A stretch of DNA of 64,000 nucleotides from a virus. A program made the translations under genes and the position numbers. The notes beneath the pieces were generated by a model, which was not told where the DNA came from, ran no database searches, and saw nothing but the letters and a program-made list of their open reading frames with translations. Each line of letters begins with the position of its first letter. The first letter of the stretch is position 1. The stretch lies in the IMG/VR virus record IMGVR_UViG_3300044750_000003, positions 1 through 64,000 of that record, one strand, 5' to 3'. This document shows, one piece after another, positions 1 to 7,986 of the stretch.

Positions 1-2
1 AA

Positions 3-368
3 AAAAAAACGACACGGATAACTGTCTGTAATTATGATACTTACCAAATAAAGCAACACAAGAGCGACACGAGGTCGACACCAAACAATAATATACTACC
101 TAACGGTAGTAATATAAATAACAGGCGTGAGGCTTTTAAGGAGTCTCTTAAACCATTTTTAGAAAAATATGGTAGAGATATTTTAAATGCCTTTTACGAT
201 TATTGGAAAGAAATGAATCCATCAAAAACAAAGATGCGATTTGAATTGGAAAAAACTTGGGAAGTAAATTTAAGATTATCAAATTGGAAAAATAACAAAG
301 TTAAGAAGACCGAATTTAAACAACAAAAAAATTATTCAGAAGATCAACCATTACTTTCCGAAAACTGA
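3..368 (+). CDS. C-terminal part of an ORF that starts outside the window, function unknown
   Basis: Frame 3 is open from the window edge to TGA 366-368. The stop overlaps the next ATG as ATGA. It is absent from the ORF track because no start codon lies in the window. Confidence 0.5.
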   Translation, partial: KKTTRITVCNYDTYQIKQHKSDTRSTPNNNILPNGSNINNRREAFKESLKPFLEKYGRDILNAFYDYWKEMNPSKTKMRFELEKTWEVNLRLSNWKNNKVKKTEFKQQKNYSEDQPLLSEN

Positions 369-1399
369 TGATTAAAAAACTAAATGATGTTCGTGATATT
401 ATTGAAGACATTTGTAAAAAGCCAGATCAACGTGGCGAACTTACAGGATTTTCAAATCTTGATAAAATATATTCTGTAAAGCAAGGTTCATTTACTTGTT
501 TTCTTGGCGCACCGGGTCATGGTAAATCTGAATTAATTTTTGAGTTATGTATAAACCAAACCCTTGAATTTGGTAAACGTCACATGATTTATTCTCCTGA
601 AACCGGAAGCGTGGCTGAAATAATGCTTGAGATAGGTCATAAATATTGTGGCAGACCACTTTACCAAACAAGCTATTATGGAGATTATTGCAACGAAAAG
701 GAACGTAGTAATGTTTTAGAATGGGTTAATTACAATTTTATTTTTCAGGATGGCGATGAAGAAGCAATTTCATTTGACGAATTATGTGAACAGCTTTTGA
801 AAGAAGAACAAGACTCTAAAAATCCTATTCACACTTTGATGGCAGAACCATATAACGAAATTAGGCATGATAAGATGTCTTTGTTTGGATCAAGGCAGGA
901 TTTGTATATAGAAAGTTTTATGAGCGATGTAAGGCGCTTTACTAAAAAACACAACAAGCATGTATTTCTATCTTTCCATCCGGGGCATCAGGAAAAAATA
1001 GTTAAAGGTAAGTTTTCTTATTACCCAATGCCTTCTGCAAGACAAGCAGCAGGCGGACAGGCGGCACTAAGGAAAGCAATGACATGGATTAACCTTTGGA
1101 GGCCACCTACAAGCCTTAAAAACGAATGGGGAGAAAATTACAAGGATAATGAAGTTGTGCTGATAGTTGAGAAGGCTAAACCAAAGGGAGTTTCATTCAG
1201 AGGTACATGCAGTTTGTTTTTTGATTGGAAAAAAAACAGGTATTTTGAAAACCTTAATGCATTAAATATTTATGCATTTGAACATAAAAAGCAATTTAAG
1301 TTTTTAGGGAACCAAACTATTGAAAGTATAAATACAGCGGAATTTGATTTTGAAATAAGTCAAGTAGATGAAAAAGAAGAAGCGGATAAAGCATTTTAG
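368..1399 (+). CDS. P-loop NTPase, DnaB/T7 gp4-like replicative helicase domain (tentative)
   Basis: Walker A GAPGHGKSE near the N-terminus, RecA-like domain size, ATGA coupling to the upstream ORF. Confidence 0.5.
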   Translation: MIKKLNDVRDIIEDICKKPDQRGELTGFSNLDKIYSVKQGSFTCFLGAPGHGKSELIFELCINQTLEFGKRHMIYSPETGSVAEIMLEIGHKYCGRPLYQTSYYGDYCNEKERSNVLEWVNYNFIFQDGDEEAISFDELCEQLLKEEQDSKNPIHTLMAEPYNEIRHDKMSLFGSRQDLYIESFMSDVRRFTKKHNKHVFLSFHPGHQEKIVKGKFSYYPMPSARQAAGGQAALRKAMTWINLWRPPTSLKNEWGENYKDNEVVLIVEKAKPKGVSFRGTCSLFFDWKKNRYFENLNALNIYAFEHKKQFKFLGNQTIESINTAEFDFEISQVDEKEEADKAF

Positions 1400-1402
1400 G
1401 CT

Positions 1403-1897
1403 ATGGGATATTTAAAAAGCAATTATAAACCAACAACGCCACAACTGATATTACCTGAAAACGAGATGATAGATAAAATGGCAGTTCTGGCCGAACTGGA
1501 ATTGATAGATACTTTTGAAACCTATTCAAAAAATTTAGGTAATGCAGTAGCTAAAGAGGCTTATGTACATTTGGCTGAGATATATTCCTTTGAGCACGAT
1601 AAAAAATATCAATATGCCAATACGTTGCTTTCTGTTGAGGGGGTTATCGTAGAGATGTATTCTGATATTTTTAAGTTTGAGAACCAAAAAGGGGAAAGCG
1701 AAAAAACTAAATCAGCCAAAGCCCGGATATTAATTTTAAAAGAAGGGATTGAAATCTTAAAGGCTTATATCGTAAAGCACGATCAAATGCAACTGATGCT
1801 AAAAAATTCAATAATTGTAAGGCAACAACTTAGCCGTGAGAATAACCTGCTTAAAAAACAAGTTAACGAAATGAAAAAATCTTATGATGAACTTTAA
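1403..1897 (+). CDS. hypothetical protein, coiled-coil rich
   Basis: 164 aa ORF starting 4 nt after the previous stop, on the same strand as its neighbours. Confidence 0.6.
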   Translation: MGYLKSNYKPTTPQLILPENEMIDKMAVLAELELIDTFETYSKNLGNAVAKEAYVHLAEIYSFEHDKKYQYANTLLSVEGVIVEMYSDIFKFENQKGESEKTKSAKARILILKEGIEILKAYIVKHDQMQLMLKNSIIVRQQLSRENNLLKKQVNEMKKSYDEL

Positions 1898-1900
1898 CCC

Positions 1901-2110
1901 ATGCCAAACAACTACAAAAAGCTAAAGCAAGTACCCACAGGAGTATGGTACAGTGTAATCAATAAATCAGGGGAGAATATGAAAACAGAAATTATGGAGT
2001 TGATTGATAGCTATGAACAGTTTGAATTATCGGATGACCTTACTAAATTCAAAAGACTTAATGATGATTGGTTGTGGGATAGCTCTCAGACTTCATTATC
2101 TCATCCCTGA
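1901..2110 (+). CDS. hypothetical small protein
   Basis: 69 aa ORF starting 4 nt after the previous stop. Confidence 0.45.
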   Translation: MPNNYKKLKQVPTGVWYSVINKSGENMKTEIMELIDSYEQFELSDDLTKFKRLNDDWLWDSSQTSLSHP

Positions 2111-2205
2111 CGAACTTTTATGCAAAAGTGGATACATTGTATATACGATGTAAAATAATCGCTTACAAGAAGCCTTTGGTGCCAATACGACGATGTAAAT
2201 ATTAG

Positions 2206-2237
2206 TTTGTAATTTTAAAAATAAGATTATATATTTG
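2206..2237 (+). promoter_or_regulatory. Bacteroidota sigma-A type promoter (-33 TTTG, -7 TAnnTTTG)
   Basis: TTTG at 2206-2209, a 20 nt AT-rich spacer, then TATATTTG at 2230-2237. It sits in the 223 nt gap upstream of the glycosyltransferase operon. Confidence 0.55.
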
Positions 2238-2242
2238 TTGAA

Positions 2243-2320
2243 CGCAGAACAATTTTAGAATGAACTCAAAAAATAAAAGACATCCCGGCAACTCATCATT
2301 CAGTAGTAAATTGTTCTGCG
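2243..2320 (+). promoter_or_regulatory. leader hairpin formed by a 13 bp perfect inverted repeat
   Basis: cgcagaacaattt (2243-2255) pairs with aaattgttctgcg (2308-2320). It begins at about the predicted transcription start. It encloses the ATG (2260) of a 38 codon upstream ORF that runs into the GT2 start. Confidence 0.45.
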
Positions 2321-2366
2321 ATAATTTCTCCGTTTGTGGTTGTCGGGTTACTTTAAACCAATTATT

Positions 2367-3137
2367 ATGGCTTTAATAGCAATGTGTGTGTACTGTACGG
2401 ATACTAACGGAAGGCTTGAATACACCAAAGAGTGTTTAAGATCAATAGTTTACACGGTGAACTTAAATAAACACAGACTTTTCTTAATTGACAATGGTTC
2501 TAATCAGGAAACTAAAGATTATTTGGCGGACTTCACATCTAAATTTCCATCAACAATAATCACCAATAAAGAAAACTTGGGTACTGCTAAAGGCATTAAT
2601 TTGGCGCTTAAACAACGGTTAGAAAATGAGCATTGTATTAAGGCGGATAATGATTGTGCTTGGCATATTGAAGGATGGGTAGAGGAATTGGAAGAAGCTA
2701 TAGAAAGAGAGCCAACCATAGGTATTTTAGGGCTTAAAAGAAAGGATTTAAGGCAAACACCTTATGACTCTGATCCTGATTTCAGGAGTGAGTATGTGCA
2801 GTTACCACACGAACATGGACAGAAATGGATAGCAGTTGAGAGAAGCCGTGATATCATGGGAACCTGTACCATGTTAAACTACAGGCTTATTGATAAAGTA
2901 GGGGGGATGGCACAGCCATTACCTTACGCATTTGATGATTCCCTGATGGGATTAAGATCAATACTTTCAGGATTTTGGAACGGCTTTCTTTCCCATATAG
3001 AAATTGAGCATTTAGACACGGGCGAAAACATTTACAGTCAGGAAAAAATAAATATAGCCAATGAAGCATGGCCTATTTACCACGAATGGCACAAGGGATA
3101 TGTTGATGGTACACGACCTTTATACGAAGAAATATGA
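2367..3137 (+). CDS. family 2 (GT-A fold) glycosyltransferase
   Basis: Motifs LFLIDNGSNQET, NLGTAKGINLAL and ADND. The ORF track start at 2334 is TTG; the in-frame ATG at 2367 is preferred. Confidence 0.7.
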   Translation: MALIAMCVYCTDTNGRLEYTKECLRSIVYTVNLNKHRLFLIDNGSNQETKDYLADFTSKFPSTIITNKENLGTAKGINLALKQRLENEHCIKADNDCAWHIEGWVEELEEAIEREPTIGILGLKRKDLRQTPYDSDPDFRSEYVQLPHEHGQKWIAVERSRDIMGTCTMLNYRLIDKVGGMAQPLPYAFDDSLMGLRSILSGFWNGFLSHIEIEHLDTGENIYSQEKINIANEAWPIYHEWHKGYVDGTRPLYEEI

Positions 3138-3745
3138 TTGAATTTTTAGGTGACAGCGGTGAATACGAAATGCTCACAAAGGGTATTGAACTATCTAAAG
3201 AAGTAGATGGGCTATGCTTGGAAATAGGCACACGTTTAGGGCTGTCAGCCAAAACAATATTGGATGCCATAAGATTGTATTGCCCAACAAAAACATTGGT
3301 CTGTGTAGACCCGTATGGCAGTATAATTTATGAAGGAAGAGAGGGACAGCCTTGTCGTTTAGATTATACCAACGAAATGAAATCAACATGTATGGGTAAT
3401 ATTTGGATGGATGTAAAAGAAAGTCCTGTATCATTTAAATATTTTGATTTAGAAGACACTGAATTTTTTGAAAGGTTTTCAGATGGAGTTCCAGTTTATG
3501 AACTTGAAAAGAAAATAGTTAATCAATATTCTTTTGTTTTTTTTGATGGGCCACACAACATAGCACATATTCTAAAAGAAATACGGTTCTTTTTACCTCG
3601 TACGCCAGAAGGCGCAGTGTGGTGTTTTGATGATTGTACGCCGGATTTTTATGACCATGATTATATTGAAAAGGAACTATTTGAGCAGTGTGGTTTTGAA
3701 TTAATTGAAAAAGGACTAAAAAAGGCTTTATACCGTAAACTATGA
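3134..3745 (+). CDS. class I SAM-dependent methyltransferase-like protein
   Basis: LEIGTRLGLS (motif I like), VCVDPY and FFDGPHN. ATGA overlap with the GT2 gene. Confidence 0.5.
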   Translation: MIEFLGDSGEYEMLTKGIELSKEVDGLCLEIGTRLGLSAKTILDAIRLYCPTKTLVCVDPYGSIIYEGREGQPCRLDYTNEMKSTCMGNIWMDVKESPVSFKYFDLEDTEFFERFSDGVPVYELEKKIVNQYSFVFFDGPHNIAHILKEIRFFLPRTPEGAVWCFDDCTPDFYDHDYIEKELFEQCGFELIEKGLKKALYRKL

Positions 3746-4365
3746 GCATCCCAATAATTTCAGTTTGTTCACACCCTGAACACGCTTATAAACTTATCAA
3801 TTCAGCCTCTAAAAATGGGTGGGAACTGCATTTATTGGAAGTGGAATGGAAAGGATTTGGCACCAAACTAATTGCCACACATGAATATTTAAAACTACAT
3901 CCTGAAATAGATAGATTTATATTTGCAGATGCTTTTGATGTGTTGGTATTTGGAACAGAACATGAATTTGAGAAAAAACGTACCCCAGGACAAACATTTG
4001 TATGTAGTGCCGAAAAAGGTTGTTGGCCAAATCCAAAACTTGAAAGTTTTTATCGTAAAAAAGAACATGGGTTTAGTTATTTAAATAGTGGATTATTTTA
4101 TGCTACCAAAAAAGCATTTGAATGGTATATGGGAACTAATCCTCCTGATTATTATACAGACGATCAAGAATGGCTTACAGATAGATTTTTGAATAATAGT
4201 GATATCCAATTAGATACAGAGCAGGTATTGTTCAATTCACATAGCTTTATAGCAGAAGGAGAATATACTTACAATAATGGTCGTGTTCAGATATTAGGAA
4301 ACGAGCCAATTTTCGTGCATTCAAATGGAAAAACTTTAGACCCAAAGTTAGATGAACTTATCTGA
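3742..4365 (+). CDS. GT-A glycosyltransferase resembling the LH3/PLOD glycosyltransferase domain
   Basis: FADAFDV (DxD), CWPNP, YLNSGLFY, DDQEW and HSNGKT in the order I recall for that family. ATGA overlap upstream. Confidence 0.5.
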   Translation: MSIPIISVCSHPEHAYKLINSASKNGWELHLLEVEWKGFGTKLIATHEYLKLHPEIDRFIFADAFDVLVFGTEHEFEKKRTPGQTFVCSAEKGCWPNPKLESFYRKKEHGFSYLNSGLFYATKKAFEWYMGTNPPDYYTDDQEWLTDRFLNNSDIQLDTEQVLFNSHSFIAEGEYTYNNGRVQILGNEPIFVHSNGKTLDPKLDELI

Positions 4366-5065
4366 ACTAAAAACAATTTGGCAGGATAATCCTGATACCC
4401 ACGAACATATTAAAGACCTGTTCACGCAATTAGTTAATCAGGACGAACAACTTTGTGCACATCGTGACTTTGTGGAAAAGAATGCTTTTGGCTTTGGCGA
4501 AAGATGCTTTCAGTATTTTTGGGATATATTGGTACAGGAAATGCCCGAAGTATTTACGTTGTGTGAGGTAGGAGTTTTTCGTTTTCAGATCGTATCACTC
4601 ATTCAGCTATTGGCAGACAGACAGGGGAAGACAGTTGACAGGTATTGTGTGACACCACTAAGCCCAATAGGTATCGGTTGGGAAAGTGATTATAAGGCTG
4701 ATGGCGAAAGGATACATGATGAATTTAATTTGGTAAAGGATTATACCATTTATCATGGACTATCAACTAATCCTGACATAATTGAAAGGGCTTATATTTC
4801 CTCTCCTTACGATATAGTTTATATAGACGGTTCACATGAAAAAGTTGATGTGGACAGCGATTTAAATTTTTATCCGTCATTTGTGAAAAAAGGCGGTTAT
4901 TTGGTAATAGATGACGCCGCATGTCGTATGAATATGAAATGGGGAAACTTCCAGGGTATAGCCGATGTATGCGTTGCTTTGGCAGAATGGGAACAAACTG
5001 AAATAGCTAAAGAGTTTGAATTTCAATTTAACGTGGTTCATCTTATGGTTTATAAAAGAAAATGA
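4352..5065 (+). CDS. class I SAM-dependent methyltransferase (Methyltransf_24/CmcI-like)
   Basis: C-terminal YIDGSHEKVDVDSDL...KKGGYLVIDD pattern. Overlaps the previous gene by 14 nt. Confidence 0.55.
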   Translation: MNLSELKTIWQDNPDTHEHIKDLFTQLVNQDEQLCAHRDFVEKNAFGFGERCFQYFWDILVQEMPEVFTLCEVGVFRFQIVSLIQLLADRQGKTVDRYCVTPLSPIGIGWESDYKADGERIHDEFNLVKDYTIYHGLSTNPDIIERAYISSPYDIVYIDGSHEKVDVDSDLNFYPSFVKKGGYLVIDDAACRMNMKWGNFQGIADVCVALAEWEQTEIAKEFEFQFNVVHLMVYKRK

Positions 5066-5256
5066 TACTCCAACTATCACCACCTATTGAGGTAAAAACA
5101 CCTCTTGGCTATGGTTGGTGTATATTTATCATAGACTATTCAATAAATATCAACACAATATGGGTAGTCAGACTAAAAGACGGGATAGTTAAACACTTTG
5201 ACGCAAATGATATATTGGTTCAGGGTAATGAAATGTTAAAACAGGAAAAGTTATGA
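5062..5256 (+). CDS. hypothetical small protein
   Basis: 64 aa ORF with ATGA overlaps at both ends. Confidence 0.5.
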   Translation: MILQLSPPIEVKTPLGYGWCIFIIDYSININTIWVVRLKDGIVKHFDANDILVQGNEMLKQEKL

Positions 5257-5441
5257 AAAAGGAGAAAGTAAAATTACCATCACAATTCCAACCGGAAGAA
5301 ACAGTAGTGCTTTACGGGCACGAATATCCTGTGGAATACGTAAAGTTCACAGATAGTAAAGTTTATTATGGTGTAAATGGCGTAGAGGTAGAAAGTGATT
5401 TAGTAAACTCCCCCGCCAATTCAGGTGACGAGGAAGTTTAA
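5253..5441 (+). CDS. hypothetical small protein
   Basis: 62 aa ORF with an ATGA overlap upstream. Last gene of the coupled run. Confidence 0.5.
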   Translation: MKKEKVKLPSQFQPEETVVLYGHEYPVEYVKFTDSKVYYGVNGVEVESDLVNSPANSGDEEV

Positions 5442-5444
5442 GAG

Positions 5445-5669
5445 TTACGCTAACGGAGCGTTTGCAGCAGCCTTAATGGTAGATGCAGCCTCGTTGCAAT
5501 ACAAAGCAGTTAAAACAGGGTTGGTCGTATAAACAACAGACTTGATAAACGGAAAATTTGCATCCGTATAATCAAGAACGTCAAGAATAGACGAAACCCC
5601 AATATTGTGTTGTTTTGAAGGGGGTGTTCTGTTCTGCAACTGTGCAGAAACTGTTACAATGTTTGCCAT
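5445..5669 (-). CDS. small S/T-rich protein, possible paralogue of 13839-14048
   Basis: 74 aa ORF alone on the minus strand between plus-strand operons, divergent from the GT-B gene at 5731. Confidence 0.5.
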   Translation of the reverse strand: MANIVTVSAQLQNRTPPSKQHNIGVSSILDVLDYTDANFPFIKSVVYTTNPVLTALYCNEAASTIKAAANAPLA

Positions 5670-5730
5670 GATTAAAGATTTGAAATGAATAAATTAAAAA
5701 ACTTGCAGTAAATATATGTAAAATTATTAT

Positions 5731-6666
5731 ATGCAAGTATTGTATTACTCACCCACAATTTGGAGCAACACCGATTTTTATCGTACTACAGGGGTGCTCC
5801 CATTTATAAAAAATACTGAAATAACGTTAAGGGATATTTCTCATTTTGGTAAAATAAACCAATGGGATTTACAGTCCTCGGATGCTATTATTATTCAGCG
5901 ACCGTGTAACCCCGACCATATGAAGTTGCTTAAACTGGCTAAGAAGTGCGGCTTAAAGGTAATTGTTGAATACGATGACGCCGTATTGCACGTAGATATG
6001 TATTCTCCTGTTTATCAGCAGTACAAAGAACAGAAGTATATTATTTTAGAAATGATAGATTTAGCTGACGAGGTTTGGGTAAGCACTAAAACCATAGCTG
6101 ATACTTTTGGCAGGGGTATTATTATACCAAATGCACTGAATGAATATATTTTAGGGAATTGTGCTGAATTTAATTCCAATAGCAACAAGGTAGTTTGGAG
6201 AGGGGGTTCGGCACACGAGGCAGATGTTTATGAACATATAGAAGAAATCAAGGTCATGGTGAACGACAATCAAAACCTCGACTTCTTTTTTATAGGCCAC
6301 CGATTTATAAAATTAGAAATGGCATTGGATAAGTTGAGACTAAGAAATTATTATGCGGTAGATCAGATGCCGGTAATGCAATATTTTGATTACCTTAAAA
6401 AGCTAAAACCAAAAGCTATGATATTCCCATTATGTGATACGGTGCTTAATAGGGGTAAGAGTAATATTAGCCTCATCGAAAGCGCGTGGTGTGGGGCTGA
6501 ATATTTTGGTAATAAAACGTTGCCCGAATTTGACTTCCCATTTACACATAGCTTATCTGATTTCCCGGTAGGTTCAGCACACAAAGAGGCAGTAGAATAT
6601 GTAGAAGAAAACCTGTTACTTTCTAAGGTAAATTTGTTACGTGAACAATCTTTGCTAACTTTATAA
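5731..6666 (+). CDS. GT-B fold glycosyltransferase (tentative)
   Basis: 311 aa. VVWRGGSAHEADV and a C-terminal NRGKSNISLIESAWCGAEYFG, which resembles the GT-B nucleotide-sugar binding half. Confidence 0.45.
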   Translation: MQVLYYSPTIWSNTDFYRTTGVLPFIKNTEITLRDISHFGKINQWDLQSSDAIIIQRPCNPDHMKLLKLAKKCGLKVIVEYDDAVLHVDMYSPVYQQYKEQKYIILEMIDLADEVWVSTKTIADTFGRGIIIPNALNEYILGNCAEFNSNSNKVVWRGGSAHEADVYEHIEEIKVMVNDNQNLDFFFIGHRFIKLEMALDKLRLRNYYAVDQMPVMQYFDYLKKLKPKAMIFPLCDTVLNRGKSNISLIESAWCGAEYFGNKTLPEFDFPFTHSLSDFPVGSAHKEAVEYVEENLLLSKVNLLREQSLLTL

Positions 6667-6667
6667 A

Positions 6668-7459
6668 ATGATCGATACCATTGACCCCAAAACGGCTATT
6701 ATACCAACAAATTTTTGCCTTATCAAAGCTGATATCTCCTATGATTTCCACGAAATACCAACACCTGACGGTAAAGTAAGTATACAACTAAGCTACTTCA
6801 ATCAGGATAAGAGCAAATACCTGTCTATCAGTGGAACGGTACTGATGTTACCGAAAGAAAAATGGTTTTTCAGCAATAAGGCAGATGGTGGCGAGGGTGA
6901 CGAATTTAACGCTATGGTGCGTAACTCATTAGAGTTTGATGCCAATTGTGATATAAAGGTGGGTGATAAAGTTTTCTTTGACTACAGGGAGCAAATAGAC
7001 TGTGAAACAGAACGCAGATTGGTCAGGACAGCAGACTATGGGCTTTGCGTTTTGGTGCGCTTAGACAGGCTATATGGCGTTTATGAGAATGATGATCTAA
7101 GGCCGGTAAACGGGTATGTATTTTTCTTACGTGACCAATTACCTGATAAACTGGAACTAAGCAACGGTATTTTACTTAGCAGAAACCACAATAAGTACGG
7201 TCTTAATACTGGAACTGTTTTAGCGGCTGATGCCCCTGTCAGGCAACACTTAGAAAATGAGGAAGAGCCAAATATAGAATTGGCACAAGGCGACAGGATA
7301 CAATTAATGAAGAACAGGGGTTTCAGAATAAGCTACGAGGTTGGTAACGAGGATTTGAGGGATATAGAGATTGTTCACAGGAAAGACATTTGGGGGGATT
7401 GGAACGATATACTTAGTATTGTACGTGAATATGAAGCTAATAAATTGGAGGTAGTATGA
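6668..7459 (+). CDS. hypothetical protein with two Cpn10/GroES-like halves
   Basis: SGTVLMLP...IKVGDKVFFDY in the first half and NTGTVLAADAP...LAQGDRIQL in the second. ATGA coupling to the next gene. Confidence 0.35.
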   Translation: MIDTIDPKTAIIPTNFCLIKADISYDFHEIPTPDGKVSIQLSYFNQDKSKYLSISGTVLMLPKEKWFFSNKADGGEGDEFNAMVRNSLEFDANCDIKVGDKVFFDYREQIDCETERRLVRTADYGLCVLVRLDRLYGVYENDDLRPVNGYVFFLRDQLPDKLELSNGILLSRNHNKYGLNTGTVLAADAPVRQHLENEEEPNIELAQGDRIQLMKNRGFRISYEVGNEDLRDIEIVHRKDIWGDWNDILSIVREYEANKLEVV

Positions 7460-7986
7460 GATACGATGCCAACTGTAAGGAACCAATGGTTGAAAAGTAC
7501 CCTACTTTAAAGGGTATAACAGATGACGACAAGCTTTTGAGGGTAGTCATTTGGATGATAAGTGAAGATAGTCCATTTCTGTTAGCAGACCGTGAAGATT
7601 ATGCGTCAAGGCTCACTAAGGTTTTAAAGCACGTTGGCGCTGAATACCCAAGAATAGCAGAGGGGGAGAACAAAGAGTATAACGCTGTAGCCACGGGACT
7701 TTTTATGATGATGGATAATTTGGTTTATGTAGCGTGGCAATCAAAGCTGATTAATTTTCATCAACTTACCATGTTTTTGAGGTCGCCACTAAACTTAGAC
7801 GATCCTGAAAAATCAATAAAGCAACGGCTCGACATTGAAAAATACCTGCCCGATATGCACAAATCATTAGTAGAATATGAAAGACAAATATTCCCCGATA
7901 CGCATACCAGAAAGGTAGTAAAGAAAGAAACAGCGCGACTTTTACAATTTGCCGAGAAGTTTAGTGATGTAAAAGGGGTAATTTAA
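7456..7986 (+). CDS. putative small terminase subunit (by position only)
   Basis: 176 aa ORF immediately upstream of, and TAATG-coupled to, the large terminase. No motif recognised. Confidence 0.3.
   Translation: MRYDANCKEPMVEKYPTLKGITDDDKLLRVVIWMISEDSPFLLADREDYASRLTKVLKHVGAEYPRIAEGENKEYNAVATGLFMMMDNLVYVAWQSKLINFHQLTMFLRSPLNLDDPEKSIKQRLDIEKYLPDMHKSLVEYERQIFPDTHTRKVVKKETARLLQFAEKFSDVKGVI

Noticed and set aside
5702-5738. CTTGCA / TGCAAG half-sites recurring at 5702-5738, 20903-20915 (13 bp palindrome ttgcattatgcaa) and 62574-62590, considered as operators for the XRE HTH protein.
   Set aside because: The spacing differs at each site. The shared 6 to 8-mers are expected about once or twice by chance in this window. 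None lies next to the HTH gene itself.
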